DNA of 32,000 nucleotides from Candidatus Babelota bacterium. Lineage in GTDB: Bacteria; Babelota; Babeliae; Babelales; Vermiphilaceae. This document shows, in pieces, positions 8,881 through 16,645 of the stretch; position 1 is the stretch's first letter; each line of letters begins with the position of its first letter. Position numbers and translations under genes: made by a program. The notes beneath the pieces are model-generated. The model searched no databases, had not been told where the DNA came from, and worked only from the letters and a program-made list of their open reading frames with translations. Location: the NCBI GenBank assembly GCA_039809905.1, contig JBDHVY010000001.1, positions 270,001 to 302,000 of the forward strand. Reading direction: 5' to 3'.

Positions 8881-10029
8881 ATGTCATACAAAAAATCATT
8901 ATCTTGTGCCTTAGCTCTATTAATGACAACCAACAGCCTAGCAATCGAAAAAGAAAATAATCTTGTTTTTCGCAATGGTGTTTTATTCTTAACAGTTGCC
9001 GCTATTGGAGTTATCGCATTCTCACCAAAATTACGATCATGGTTTAGTCAACGGATAAGTAATTTTTTCCATAAATCTACTACCAATAAAGAATCTACTA
9101 CTGATACGAATACAAACATACAATGGGAAAACTTTTCTCTCTCGGGAAATGATTTAATCATCAATGATGATAAAACGTTGGAAGCAAAAAACCTTCCTTG
9201 TATTAAACCTTCTGGAATACTTGAATCAATAAATTTTAATTCTCCCATAGAAACAGTACGTATTGTTTTTCCTATTGCAACCATTGCTATTAATGATGAT
9301 GAAGAGCCTCGCATTATACGAGATAAAGCATTCAAAGATATTATATTTATAGTTGATGACGGTGTGTTAACAGCAACCACATCTGACGGAAAACCGAGAA
9401 AATTTGAATATAAAGGCACACCCTTATGCACTGTATATGCGCGATTAAAAAGTACCACCCTAAAAACTTCTTACGGCTCACGGGTAATAATTCAAAATCA
9501 AGAATTACATAACATAGAATCTTCTGGATCATCTCAAATTAGTGGATCTCTTAATGGCAGCAGCTGCGAACTCCTTCATATGAAATGCGATGGAGCATCC
9601 AAAATAATACTTAAAAATATAATGTCAGATTTGATCAAGTTACATATAAGCGGAAGTTCAGTAATTACCGCCCAGGGTAAAGCAAAAAATCAAACGGTAA
9701 CAATTAAAGGTGCAAGCAAATACCATGGACTAGAGCTTATGTGCAACAATGGTGTTATCAATGCAACCCTTTATGGCTGCTCCGAGGCTTTCCTAGCCGG
9801 CACATCAGCAAACCAAGAAATCAATCTTTCAGGCTGTAGCACGTATCATGGCTATGCATTATCCGGTACAGATGCCACAATTAATCTTTCTGCTTGTTCC
9901 AAAGGTTATGTAAATGTTACCAATATCATTCAAGGTAAGATTTCAGGTGCAAGTCATATTTATTATAAGCAACATCCGAGAACATCAGTGATATGTTCAG
10001 ATGTTTCTAAGTGTCACCGGATAGAATAA
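8881..10029 (+). CDS. exported protein with DUF2807-like (GIN domain) repetitive beta structure
   Basis: The ATG at 8881 gives signal peptide MSYKKSLSCALALLMTTNSLA. It is followed by repeated G/S/A-S beta-strand units (SGSSQISGSLNGSSCELLHMKCDGASKIILKNI...ISGSSVITAQGKAKNQTVTIKGASKY). Confidence 0.75.
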   Translation: MSYKKSLSCALALLMTTNSLAIEKENNLVFRNGVLFLTVAAIGVIAFSPKLRSWFSQRISNFFHKSTTNKESTTDTNTNIQWENFSLSGNDLIINDDKTLEAKNLPCIKPSGILESINFNSPIETVRIVFPIATIAINDDEEPRIIRDKAFKDIIFIVDDGVLTATTSDGKPRKFEYKGTPLCTVYARLKSTTLKTSYGSRVIIQNQELHNIESSGSSQISGSLNGSSCELLHMKCDGASKIILKNIMSDLIKLHISGSSVITAQGKAKNQTVTIKGASKYHGLELMCNNGVINATLYGCSEAFLAGTSANQEINLSGCSTYHGYALSGTDATINLSACSKGYVNVTNIIQGKISGASHIYYKQHPRTSVICSDVSKCHRIE

Positions 10030-10057
10030 TAATTCAGCAAGCTAGAAAATATTTAAA

Positions 10058-10086
10058 GCGCCGCGTAAAAGCGGCGCCTCTTTTTT
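10058..10086 (+). terminator. rho-independent terminator
   Basis: gcgccgc-gtaaaa-gcggcgc stem followed by TCTTTTTT, directly after the 8881..10029 gene. Confidence 0.85.
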
Positions 10087-10091
10087 ACCAA

Positions 10092-10838
10092 TTACTGAAA
10101 CAAACGCTCAGATGATTTTTGTAGAACACCCGATTGATCTACTTTACATTCTAATACCACAAGATATCTGGTATCTATTGGATGATGTGGATCTTGTATT
10201 GGATTTTTATCTTCTACAAAACCACATGTTTCCAATACTTTCAGAGCAATCTGATGTGTTGGTCTAACCATAGTAAATACGCGTTTAACTTCAGGCAGCA
10301 CACGAATAAGTGAGCCTAACAACAACTTTTCAAGGCCTTGGTTTTGTGCTTGTGGGCAAATAATCAAATTAATAAGTTTGATATTTCCTTTTGCAAGCGC
10401 GGGAGTAATAGAACTCATTACAAAACCCAAAAGTTGCGATGTCGCTTGCTCACGCACCAATGCAAAAAAATACAGATCACCGATAAGCCTATTAATAATT
10501 TCTTGCCCAAACTTACTCAAATCAGCAAGATAAAATTGTTTAATGGTTTCTTGTAATTTCTGCTCAACAGCCATCCAATCAACCTGATCTGCACCTTGTG
10601 CAAGCAAATCCTCACAACTCTTTAAAAATCCTCCGCTTGATATCGCATCAGGAAAATGTTTTAAAAATTGAGCTTCTGATACAGCAGTCACCTGACTTGC
10701 AAGATCACTTACTTCTTTTTTAAATTGTGCCAATTCTGGTGCAACAATATTAGCTATATGCCATTCTATTACAACATTACGCCCATCTTTATCGGACGCA
10801 AAAAATTTACCATATTTTTGGCTTTGATGATTATTCAT
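10092..10838 (-). CDS. GNAT-like N-acetyltransferase
   Basis: LGFVMSSITPALAKGNIKLINLIICPQAQNQGLEKLLLGSLIRVL...ALKVLETCGFVE matches the GNAT core layout. The start is likely the ATG at 10838; the ORF extends to 10865. Confidence 0.65.
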   Translation of the reverse strand: MNNHQSQKYGKFFASDKDGRNVVIEWHIANIVAPELAQFKKEVSDLASQVTAVSEAQFLKHFPDAISSGGFLKSCEDLLAQGADQVDWMAVEQKLQETIKQFYLADLSKFGQEIINRLIGDLYFFALVREQATSQLLGFVMSSITPALAKGNIKLINLIICPQAQNQGLEKLLLGSLIRVLPEVKRVFTMVRPTHQIALKVLETCGFVEDKNPIQDPHHPIDTRYLVVLECKVDQSGVLQKSSERLFQ

Positions 10839-11080
10839 CTTTTTACTTTCTATGTAAAAATTCATATAAATTTAAAAACGCAAAAAACCTCTGGCATAAA
10901 TACCAAAGATAAAAAAAGAACGCTTAAAAAAGTACTTTTAAACTTTTTATAAGGTTTATTGGATAATGAATAGACTTTTCATAATTGGAGTTCCTTTTGG
11001 CAACGTTAAGCTGCTTTCATTTTTAATCCTAGCACCCTGAACTCTTTTGTCAAACCAGAACTGGGCATATCACTCCAAGA

Positions 11081-11116
11081 AAATAAGGTGCACCAGAAAT
11101 GATGCACCTTATTTTT
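11081..11116. terminator. bidirectional-looking terminator hairpin
   Basis: aaataaggtgca ... tgcaccttattttt, 12-bp stem with a T run on the + side and an A-rich left flank. It lies downstream of the minus-strand gene 11136..12263. Confidence 0.6.
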
Positions 11117-11135
11117 AACTCTCAGAAGCTTTATT

Positions 11136-12263
11136 TTAGATCCACGGTATTTCTATGAGATCATCTTCAATCAAGTGTGTTTTTTCATTATTTATCCAAC
11201 GAGGAATCAGTTTTTTTGCATACACAAGATAAGCATAAAGACCATTTTTTGCTATTTTCTGACCATTAAAAATACCTGTTGGTGGAAAGGCTATACCAAT
11301 ACCATATAAATCTTCATCAATAATTCCTGTATGCTCATCAAATGTTACATCAGAGGAACCATTAACAAGAATCGCATTTGATTCATATCCAACTGCATAA
11401 ATAGCTTTGGAGCATGTTGGTAATATCTGTTCTATATTTTCAGGAGTACTCAATACACGAATGAGATTCGCTGGCGGATTTTTTTCAAGTACATCTTCTG
11501 CCCACATAGATGCAACACCTTCTAACCCCGGTGATCCATGAAAATAATCTTCTAGATAAAAATTTATTATGTTTTTTACAGATAATTCAGATAAATTTTT
11601 TAAAACGAGTATTGCTGAATGCATACCACCAAACACTGCTATGCTATCATCTGGTGATATAAAATTAATTAATTTTTTTTTATTAAATGCATCATCAAGA
11701 GGTATTTCTGCAATATCATAATCAAACCGTTTTGGATGTGCACCAATTGCCAAAACAACTTTTTTAGCGCAAAAAGTTCCATCAGAACTTTCTAAAATCC
11801 AACAATTATCAACGCGCTGCAACGATGAGATACAATCTTTAATCGGCACCACCATATTTTGCAAATGCGCAGTAAAATCTAATAAAGGATCGACAATCAC
11901 CTGCAATTGTTGAAACTGCTCAGCAGGATATGTATACAGTGTTAACAAAGAAGGAGAAATAATAGTTTTAAAATAAGGACACTTTTCTACATATTCTATC
12001 AAATGTTTTGTTTGTATATTGCCAGGTACTTCACCATAATATTTCCCTACTCGGCCAACATTAAATTCAGGATCAATCCATGCAACAGCTGATGGATCAA
12101 CCCCTGCATCGAGCAAAACAGCAAGAGCTGTAATTCCTGCAAATCCTGCTCCTACAATTGCCCAATCGTAAGATAGGGGCTGATTTTTGGTTACTTCAGC
12201 ATGTAACATATTTTTAGAAGGAATGAGCAATACAAAAGCAACACTAAAAAACATTTTTCTCAT
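11136..12263 (-). CDS. FAD/NAD(P)-binding oxidoreductase with signal peptide
   Basis: Rossmann motif YDWAIVGAGFAGITALAVLL preceded by MRKMFFSVAFVLLIPSKNMLHA. Second region DSIAVFGGMHSAILVLKNL. Confidence 0.75.
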   Translation of the reverse strand: MRKMFFSVAFVLLIPSKNMLHAEVTKNQPLSYDWAIVGAGFAGITALAVLLDAGVDPSAVAWIDPEFNVGRVGKYYGEVPGNIQTKHLIEYVEKCPYFKTIISPSLLTLYTYPAEQFQQLQVIVDPLLDFTAHLQNMVVPIKDCISSLQRVDNCWILESSDGTFCAKKVVLAIGAHPKRFDYDIAEIPLDDAFNKKKLINFISPDDSIAVFGGMHSAILVLKNLSELSVKNIINFYLEDYFHGSPGLEGVASMWAEDVLEKNPPANLIRVLSTPENIEQILPTCSKAIYAVGYESNAILVNGSSDVTFDEHTGIIDEDLYGIGIAFPPTGIFNGQKIAKNGLYAYLVYAKKLIPRWINNEKTHLIEDDLIEIPWI

Positions 12264-12365
12264 GATACTCCATCTTTTTTTAAACAGACGCTGTTTTGTT
12301 CAGGTTATACAAAATAGCGATATTGAATCAAGAGCGCATAGTTTTTTATTAATACCTCTTGTTTT

Positions 12366-12761
12366 TCAAAAAACTTCAGGATATTTATCTGGATCTGCTC
12401 GGCAATATTTTTCACCAAAACTTCCTACAGCATGTTCTGCTATTGTAACAAATGTTCGTTCAAAAAATCCGCCTCTTTTATCACGTTTTTCTTGTTGGAT
12501 TGCACGCACATTTTCCAAGGATATGTTGTGCAAAGCACAGAGTGCATCGATAACTTCGAAAACATCTGCCAATTCTTCTATCAATTCTTTTGTCTCTTGA
12601 GCAGCACAAACTTCTTCTATTTCTTCTCGTAACTTAATTTTTAGTTGTTCTTCATACTGCACATCATCTAATTGTTTGCTGTGGATAATTGAACCCGTTG
12701 CTCTCATTAACTCTGGAGCTTTATCTCGCCATAACTTATTTTGCAAAAATTTGTGCATCAT
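12366..12761 (-). CDS. MazG-like / phosphoribosyl-ATP pyrophosphohydrolase-like protein
   Basis: NKLWRDKAPE plus KLREEIEEVCAAQETKELIEELADVFEVIDALC (EExx..ExxD helix pair). Confidence 0.8.
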   Translation of the reverse strand: MMHKFLQNKLWRDKAPELMRATGSIIHSKQLDDVQYEEQLKIKLREEIEEVCAAQETKELIEELADVFEVIDALCALHNISLENVRAIQQEKRDKRGGFFERTFVTIAEHAVGSFGEKYCRADPDKYPEVF

Positions 12762-12870
12762 AGCTTTTCCTTGAAACTGTATTTATGTGATACCTTAGTT
12801 TATCATTAATGCAAAAACTGAGTTACATACTATTTCAAGTTTTATCAAGATATGACAAGAGAGAAATCAT

Positions 12871-13587
12871 ATGAAAATAAAAAACTTACTTTGTTATTCC
12901 ATTTTACCATTGCTGTTGTACATTACATCCATCAAACCTGAAAGTTTTTTTCCAAATAAGTTGGTTAAAACAACATTAGATTCCTCTTGCGTTGAACAAT
13001 TAAAATCTAGATATCTTATTCTTTTTTATGCTCTTGATAACAATCATCTTGTTAATAATACCATTCCTGTTGTGGTTGTTTATTTTCCTGTAATTATTGC
13101 AAAAGCTATTCCTGTAATACAAACATGCCTTACTGCGGCAACAACATTTTTGGGTGTTCATTTTGCTAAGAAAGCTCAACATAAATTACGTGCATCATCG
13201 CTGAATTCTTCTTCATCAAATAATTATAGCAGTTATTATCCTGATCCAAATGATCCCAACAATGACAAAAACAAATCAAATAATAAAGAACATCCTCATG
13301 GTATTTATAAAGATGCAGACTATCACCACAAAAATTCTACAAACAGAAAAAGCCCTTGCCCTGATAATGGACAACGTTGTCTCGATTATTCTATACAAGT
13401 AGGAGAACAACGAATTGCAATAGAGGGAGATCATTTTGTAGTCCTCCGACTTACTCGTCCAGGAGAATATCATGGCTTTAAAGTTTCTTGGAACAAGCTA
13501 GATGATAAATTACAGGCAGCGCTTATAAAAAACGGATTTGTTAGAAAAACAGGCAAAATAATATGCCAAATAACCGAAAAATTTTAA
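12871..13587 (+). CDS. exported toxin-like protein A1 (cassette copy 1)
   Basis: Signal-like N-terminus, then hydrophobic segment TIPVVVVYFPVIIAKAIPVIQTCLTAATTFLG, linker YYPDPNDPNNDKNK, and C-terminal domain HPHGIYKDADYHHKN..KSPCPDNGQRCLDYS..RIAIEGDHFVVLRLTRPGEYHGFKVSWNKLDDKLQ. Paralog at 14233..14952. Confidence 0.75.
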   Translation: MKIKNLLCYSILPLLLYITSIKPESFFPNKLVKTTLDSSCVEQLKSRYLILFYALDNNHLVNNTIPVVVVYFPVIIAKAIPVIQTCLTAATTFLGVHFAKKAQHKLRASSLNSSSSNNYSSYYPDPNDPNNDKNKSNNKEHPHGIYKDADYHHKNSTNRKSPCPDNGQRCLDYSIQVGEQRIAIEGDHFVVLRLTRPGEYHGFKVSWNKLDDKLQAALIKNGFVRKTGKIICQITEKF

Positions 13588-13589
13588 CC

Positions 13590-14225
13590 ATGACTAAATA
13601 TGAAATCACATTTATCATTAATGATAAAACTAAAATAATTATACCACTTAAAGACCCAATGGAGTTTTTAGGACCAATTTACATAGAAAAAATTTTATTA
13701 ATATTCAATGGACATAAAGCACTACTTTCAAAAACCACTATTTATCATGATATGCTGCATTTCTCAGACCTGTTAAAAAAAGCTCTGAACCAAGAACTTT
13801 TTCTCCATTATTCCATCACACTCGATATTGGTTATCATCATAATGAATATCTTTATATAGGCGTAAACAATCCCAAAAATCTCTTTACGGATAACAATGA
13901 CGATGGCTGGAATGGTTATGATTATAATCTTTGGAGTGCAAGAAATAAGCTCACTAGCCTAGATACATGGATATACAATGCATCCGATGGATCAATTATA
14001 CTCGAAGTAACCCCAATTTATCCTTATCTTTTTTCTGAACCAGAAGAAGAACCAAACTACATACCTTATGAAGAATGGATCAAAACATATAAACCATATT
14101 TTATTACCACTCTATCGAGAGAAACAGCAGAACAGTGGATCGAACAAGCTGAACAAATCATAAGAATGGTTGAATATAATGAAAAAAGAATGCAGTATCG
14201 TTCAAAAATAGATGTTGAGAGTTAA
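13590..14225 (+). CDS. putative cognate/immunity-like partner B1
   Basis: The ATG lies 2 nt after the A1 stop. 211 aa, no signal peptide, acidic C-terminal half. Paralog at 14949..15584. Confidence 0.75.
   Translation: MTKYEITFIINDKTKIIIPLKDPMEFLGPIYIEKILLIFNGHKALLSKTTIYHDMLHFSDLLKKALNQELFLHYSITLDIGYHHNEYLYIGVNNPKNLFTDNNDDGWNGYDYNLWSARNKLTSLDTWIYNASDGSIILEVTPIYPYLFSEPEEEPNYIPYEEWIKTYKPYFITTLSRETAEQWIEQAEQIIRMVEYNEKRMQYRSKIDVES
14036..14225 (+). repeat. 190-nt direct repeat copy 1 (3' end of B1)
   Basis: Read base by base against 15395..15584: only two mismatches (gat/gac and gag/gaa). Confidence 0.9.
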
Positions 14226-14232
14226 AAAAGTT

Positions 14233-14952
14233 ATGAAAATAAAGAATTTACTATGCTCTTTTATTTTCTCTTTCTTTTTCTATGCTCCACATATAAAATC
14301 TGAAGGTTTATTACCTCAAACAGCCGTTAAAAAAGCATTGGAACATTCTTACATTCAACGCTTTTTTCCACTCAAAACAAACCACATTCCTCAACTTAAT
14401 ATTCTTGTTCATAATACCATTCCTATTGTGGTTGTTTATTTTCCCGTAATTGTTGCAAAAGCTTTTCCTGTTATACAATCCTGCCTTACTGCAGCGGCAA
14501 CCTTTTTGGGTATTCATTTTGCTAAGAAAGCTAAAAATAAATCAAAAATGTCATCCATGGATTCTTATTCATCAAATAATTATGATAGTTATTATCCTGA
14601 TCCAAATGATCCTAATGATGATAAAAACAAAACAAATGATAAAGAGCATCCACATGGTATTTATAGAGATGCGCCATATCATCATAAAAACTCTAGCGGA
14701 AGCAAAAGTAAAAGTCCTATGAATGGCCAGCATTGTCTTGATTATTCATTGCCAACAGAAACCAATCAGAGAATAGCTATCGAAGGTAAAAATTTTATTC
14801 TTCTTAAATATACCTCTCCAGGCAATTATCATGGATATGTTATTACATGGAAAGAGCTTGATCAATCAATAAGAAATATATTGGTCAAACACGGTTTTGT
14901 AAAAATTTCTGGAAAAATAATCAAACAAATAATGGAAAAGTCCTCACTATGA
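14233..14952 (+). CDS. exported toxin-like protein A2 (cassette copy 2)
   Basis: 239 aa. It shares MKIKNLLC, the hydrophobic segment, the YYPDPNDP linker and the C-terminal domain (HPHGIYRDAPYHHKNSSGSKSKSPMNGQHCLDYS) with A1. Confidence 0.75.
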   Translation: MKIKNLLCSFIFSFFFYAPHIKSEGLLPQTAVKKALEHSYIQRFFPLKTNHIPQLNILVHNTIPIVVVYFPVIVAKAFPVIQSCLTAAATFLGIHFAKKAKNKSKMSSMDSYSSNNYDSYYPDPNDPNDDKNKTNDKEHPHGIYRDAPYHHKNSSGSKSKSPMNGQHCLDYSLPTETNQRIAIEGKNFILLKYTSPGNYHGYVITWKELDQSIRNILVKHGFVKISGKIIKQIMEKSSL

Positions 14953-15584
14953 ATAATACTCATTACATAACTTTTAATATCGATAAAAACTCAAGAATTA
15001 TTATTCCCTTACAAGACCCGATTGAATGGCTCGGCGCCATTTATGAAGAAAACATTTTGTTTTATCATAAAAAACAAAAATTATTTTTATCAAAGCAAAC
15101 TATTTATCATGACATGTTAAATTTAGCCGAGCTTCTCAATAAAGCCTTAAATAATGAATTATTTTTGGATAAGTCAATCAATCAGGATATAGGTTATCTA
15201 GTACATGAATACCACATTGATGAAAATAAAGTCGCTTTATGTGATTTTGATTCTGGCATTCGCAGTTGGGTAGGATATAAATATAAATTATGGGAAGCTA
15301 CTAATAAAAACCTATGTTTTATGTCATGGATATATAACTCACCAGATGGATCAATTATTTTTGAAATAACACCTTTTTATCCCTACATGTATTGTGAACC
15401 AGAAGAAGAACCAAACTACATACCTTATGAAGAATGGATCAAAACATATAAACCATATTTTATTACCACTCTATCGAGAGAAACAGCAGAACAGTGGATC
15501 GAACAAGCTGAACAAATCATAAGAATGGTTGAATATAATGAAAAAAGAATGCAGTATCGTTCAAAAATAGACGTTGAAAGTTAA
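14949..15584 (+). CDS. putative cognate/immunity-like partner B2
   Basis: ATGA start/stop overlap with A2. 211 aa. The last ~60 aa are identical to B1. Confidence 0.75.
   Translation: MNNTHYITFNIDKNSRIIIPLQDPIEWLGAIYEENILFYHKKQKLFLSKQTIYHDMLNLAELLNKALNNELFLDKSINQDIGYLVHEYHIDENKVALCDFDSGIRSWVGYKYKLWEATNKNLCFMSWIYNSPDGSIIFEITPFYPYMYCEPEEEPNYIPYEEWIKTYKPYFITTLSRETAEQWIEQAEQIIRMVEYNEKRMQYRSKIDVES
15395..15584 (+). repeat. 190-nt direct repeat copy 2 (3' end of B2)
   Basis: See copy 1; constant offset of 1359 nt. Confidence 0.9.
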
Positions 15585-15623
15585 GAATGAACGTTAGAAT
15601 AGACGTAAATAATGGGTATTATT

Positions 15624-16034
15624 CTACATCATTTTTATAAATATTACACTGATAACAGCGGCGAATCCTGACCACAGTGTACCCCAGCTTATATCAATTA
15701 ATAAAAATGATAAGGGCCAATTATATAGCGTGGCATAATTAGTACATTCATAGATCCCATACATACATAAACCCAACAGTGCACCATGTAAGAAGATTGT
15801 TTCTAAGGGGGCATGAATTAAAGGAACTACCACAAAAACTGTCAATGCGATTGATAAGAAAAGATAAGCGAATAAAGCTGCACCATAATTTATTGAAACA
15901 CCTGAATGAGATACATTCATTAAATGATGTATTTTTGGCACCAACAATCTATTCATTACGCTATAAATCCATAACAAATCACCTACAAAAAATACAGCAC
16001 TTGTTATCAGCCAAGCTTTCAGAAAATACATCAT
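15624..16034 (-). CDS. DUF2177 family membrane protein
   Basis: 136 aa, 4 TM segments, with FFVGDLLWI and GALLGLCMYGIYECTNYATLYNWPL...DISWGTLWSG characteristic of DUF2177. Confidence 0.85.
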   Translation of the reverse strand: MMYFLKAWLITSAVFFVGDLLWIYSVMNRLLVPKIHHLMNVSHSGVSINYGAALFAYLFLSIALTVFVVVPLIHAPLETIFLHGALLGLCMYGIYECTNYATLYNWPLSFLLIDISWGTLWSGFAAVISVIFIKMM

Positions 16035-16100
16035 TTTTTCCTTTTTTTAAATTCATACAATAACAAAAACTAAACAAAAAATAATGGTGAAAATATATTT

Positions 16101-16580
16101 TTAGGCATTGTAATGCCATATATAAAAATTTAAATATGCTGCAAATAACAACCATAATAAATAAGGCACCAACAAAAGCGAAACAATCCTGAGCATTTTA
16201 TACGTTTTAAAAATAATAATACCAACCAACAACACAAGTAACAAAATACAAAAAAAAGCTGTTCCAGTTAAATGGTAGGTGAAAAACAAGGGAGTCCAAC
16301 TCCAATTCAAAAAAAGCTGAGCAATGTATAACTTTTTTACAGATCTGACCAGCTTTGATTTGTTTTGCCAAATAAACCAACCACTTATACCAATGATCGC
16401 ATATAAAATACTCCAAACTATTCCAAAGATATAATCTGCAGGGGTTAATGGTGATTTATTGAGAGCCACATACCAAGCATTAATATCATTTTTAGTTAAA
16501 TTGCCTATCAAAGCACCTATAACAATAAGACCAACAACCCACAAGATTAAAGCTCTATAATTTTTATTTGCACTATCCAT
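16101..16580 (-). CDS. tspO: TspO/MBR family protein
   Basis: WYVALNKSPLTPADYIFGIVWSILYAIIGISGWFIW, QLFLNWSWTPLFF. Confidence 0.9.
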   Translation of the reverse strand: MDSANKNYRALILWVVGLIVIGALIGNLTKNDINAWYVALNKSPLTPADYIFGIVWSILYAIIGISGWFIWQNKSKLVRSVKKLYIAQLFLNWSWTPLFFTYHLTGTAFFCILLLVLLVGIIIFKTYKMLRIVSLLLVPYLLWLLFAAYLNFYIWHYNA

Positions 16581-16645
16581 AGTCTACCCTTATAAATAAT
16601 TCATTCCCTAGCTTGCATAGTTCTGCAGATACTAACCGATAAAGC

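Noticed and set aside
9048-9532. Antisense ORFs 9048..9458 and 9347..9532
   Set aside because: Opposite the DUF2807-like gene, with no recognisable family and typical shadow-ORF composition.
10930-11080. Possible tRNA or small RNA in the 10.9-11.1 kb gap
   Set aside because: No TpsiC-like GTTCNANNC with pairing arms or acceptor stem was found.
13000-14517. Matching antisense ORFs 13000..13182 (-) and 14311..14517 (-) with similar sequences (MNTQK.C...SKA.LY.R.SFCNNY.KINNHNRNGI)
   Set aside because: They arise because the hydrophobic segment of A1 and A2 is conserved on the coding strand. No ribosome-binding site or independent coding support.
14450-14722. ORF 14450..14722 (+) in an alternative frame of A2
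   Set aside because: It is fully inside the supported A2 gene, has low-complexity Ile/Met content and is not maintained as an ORF in the A1 copy.
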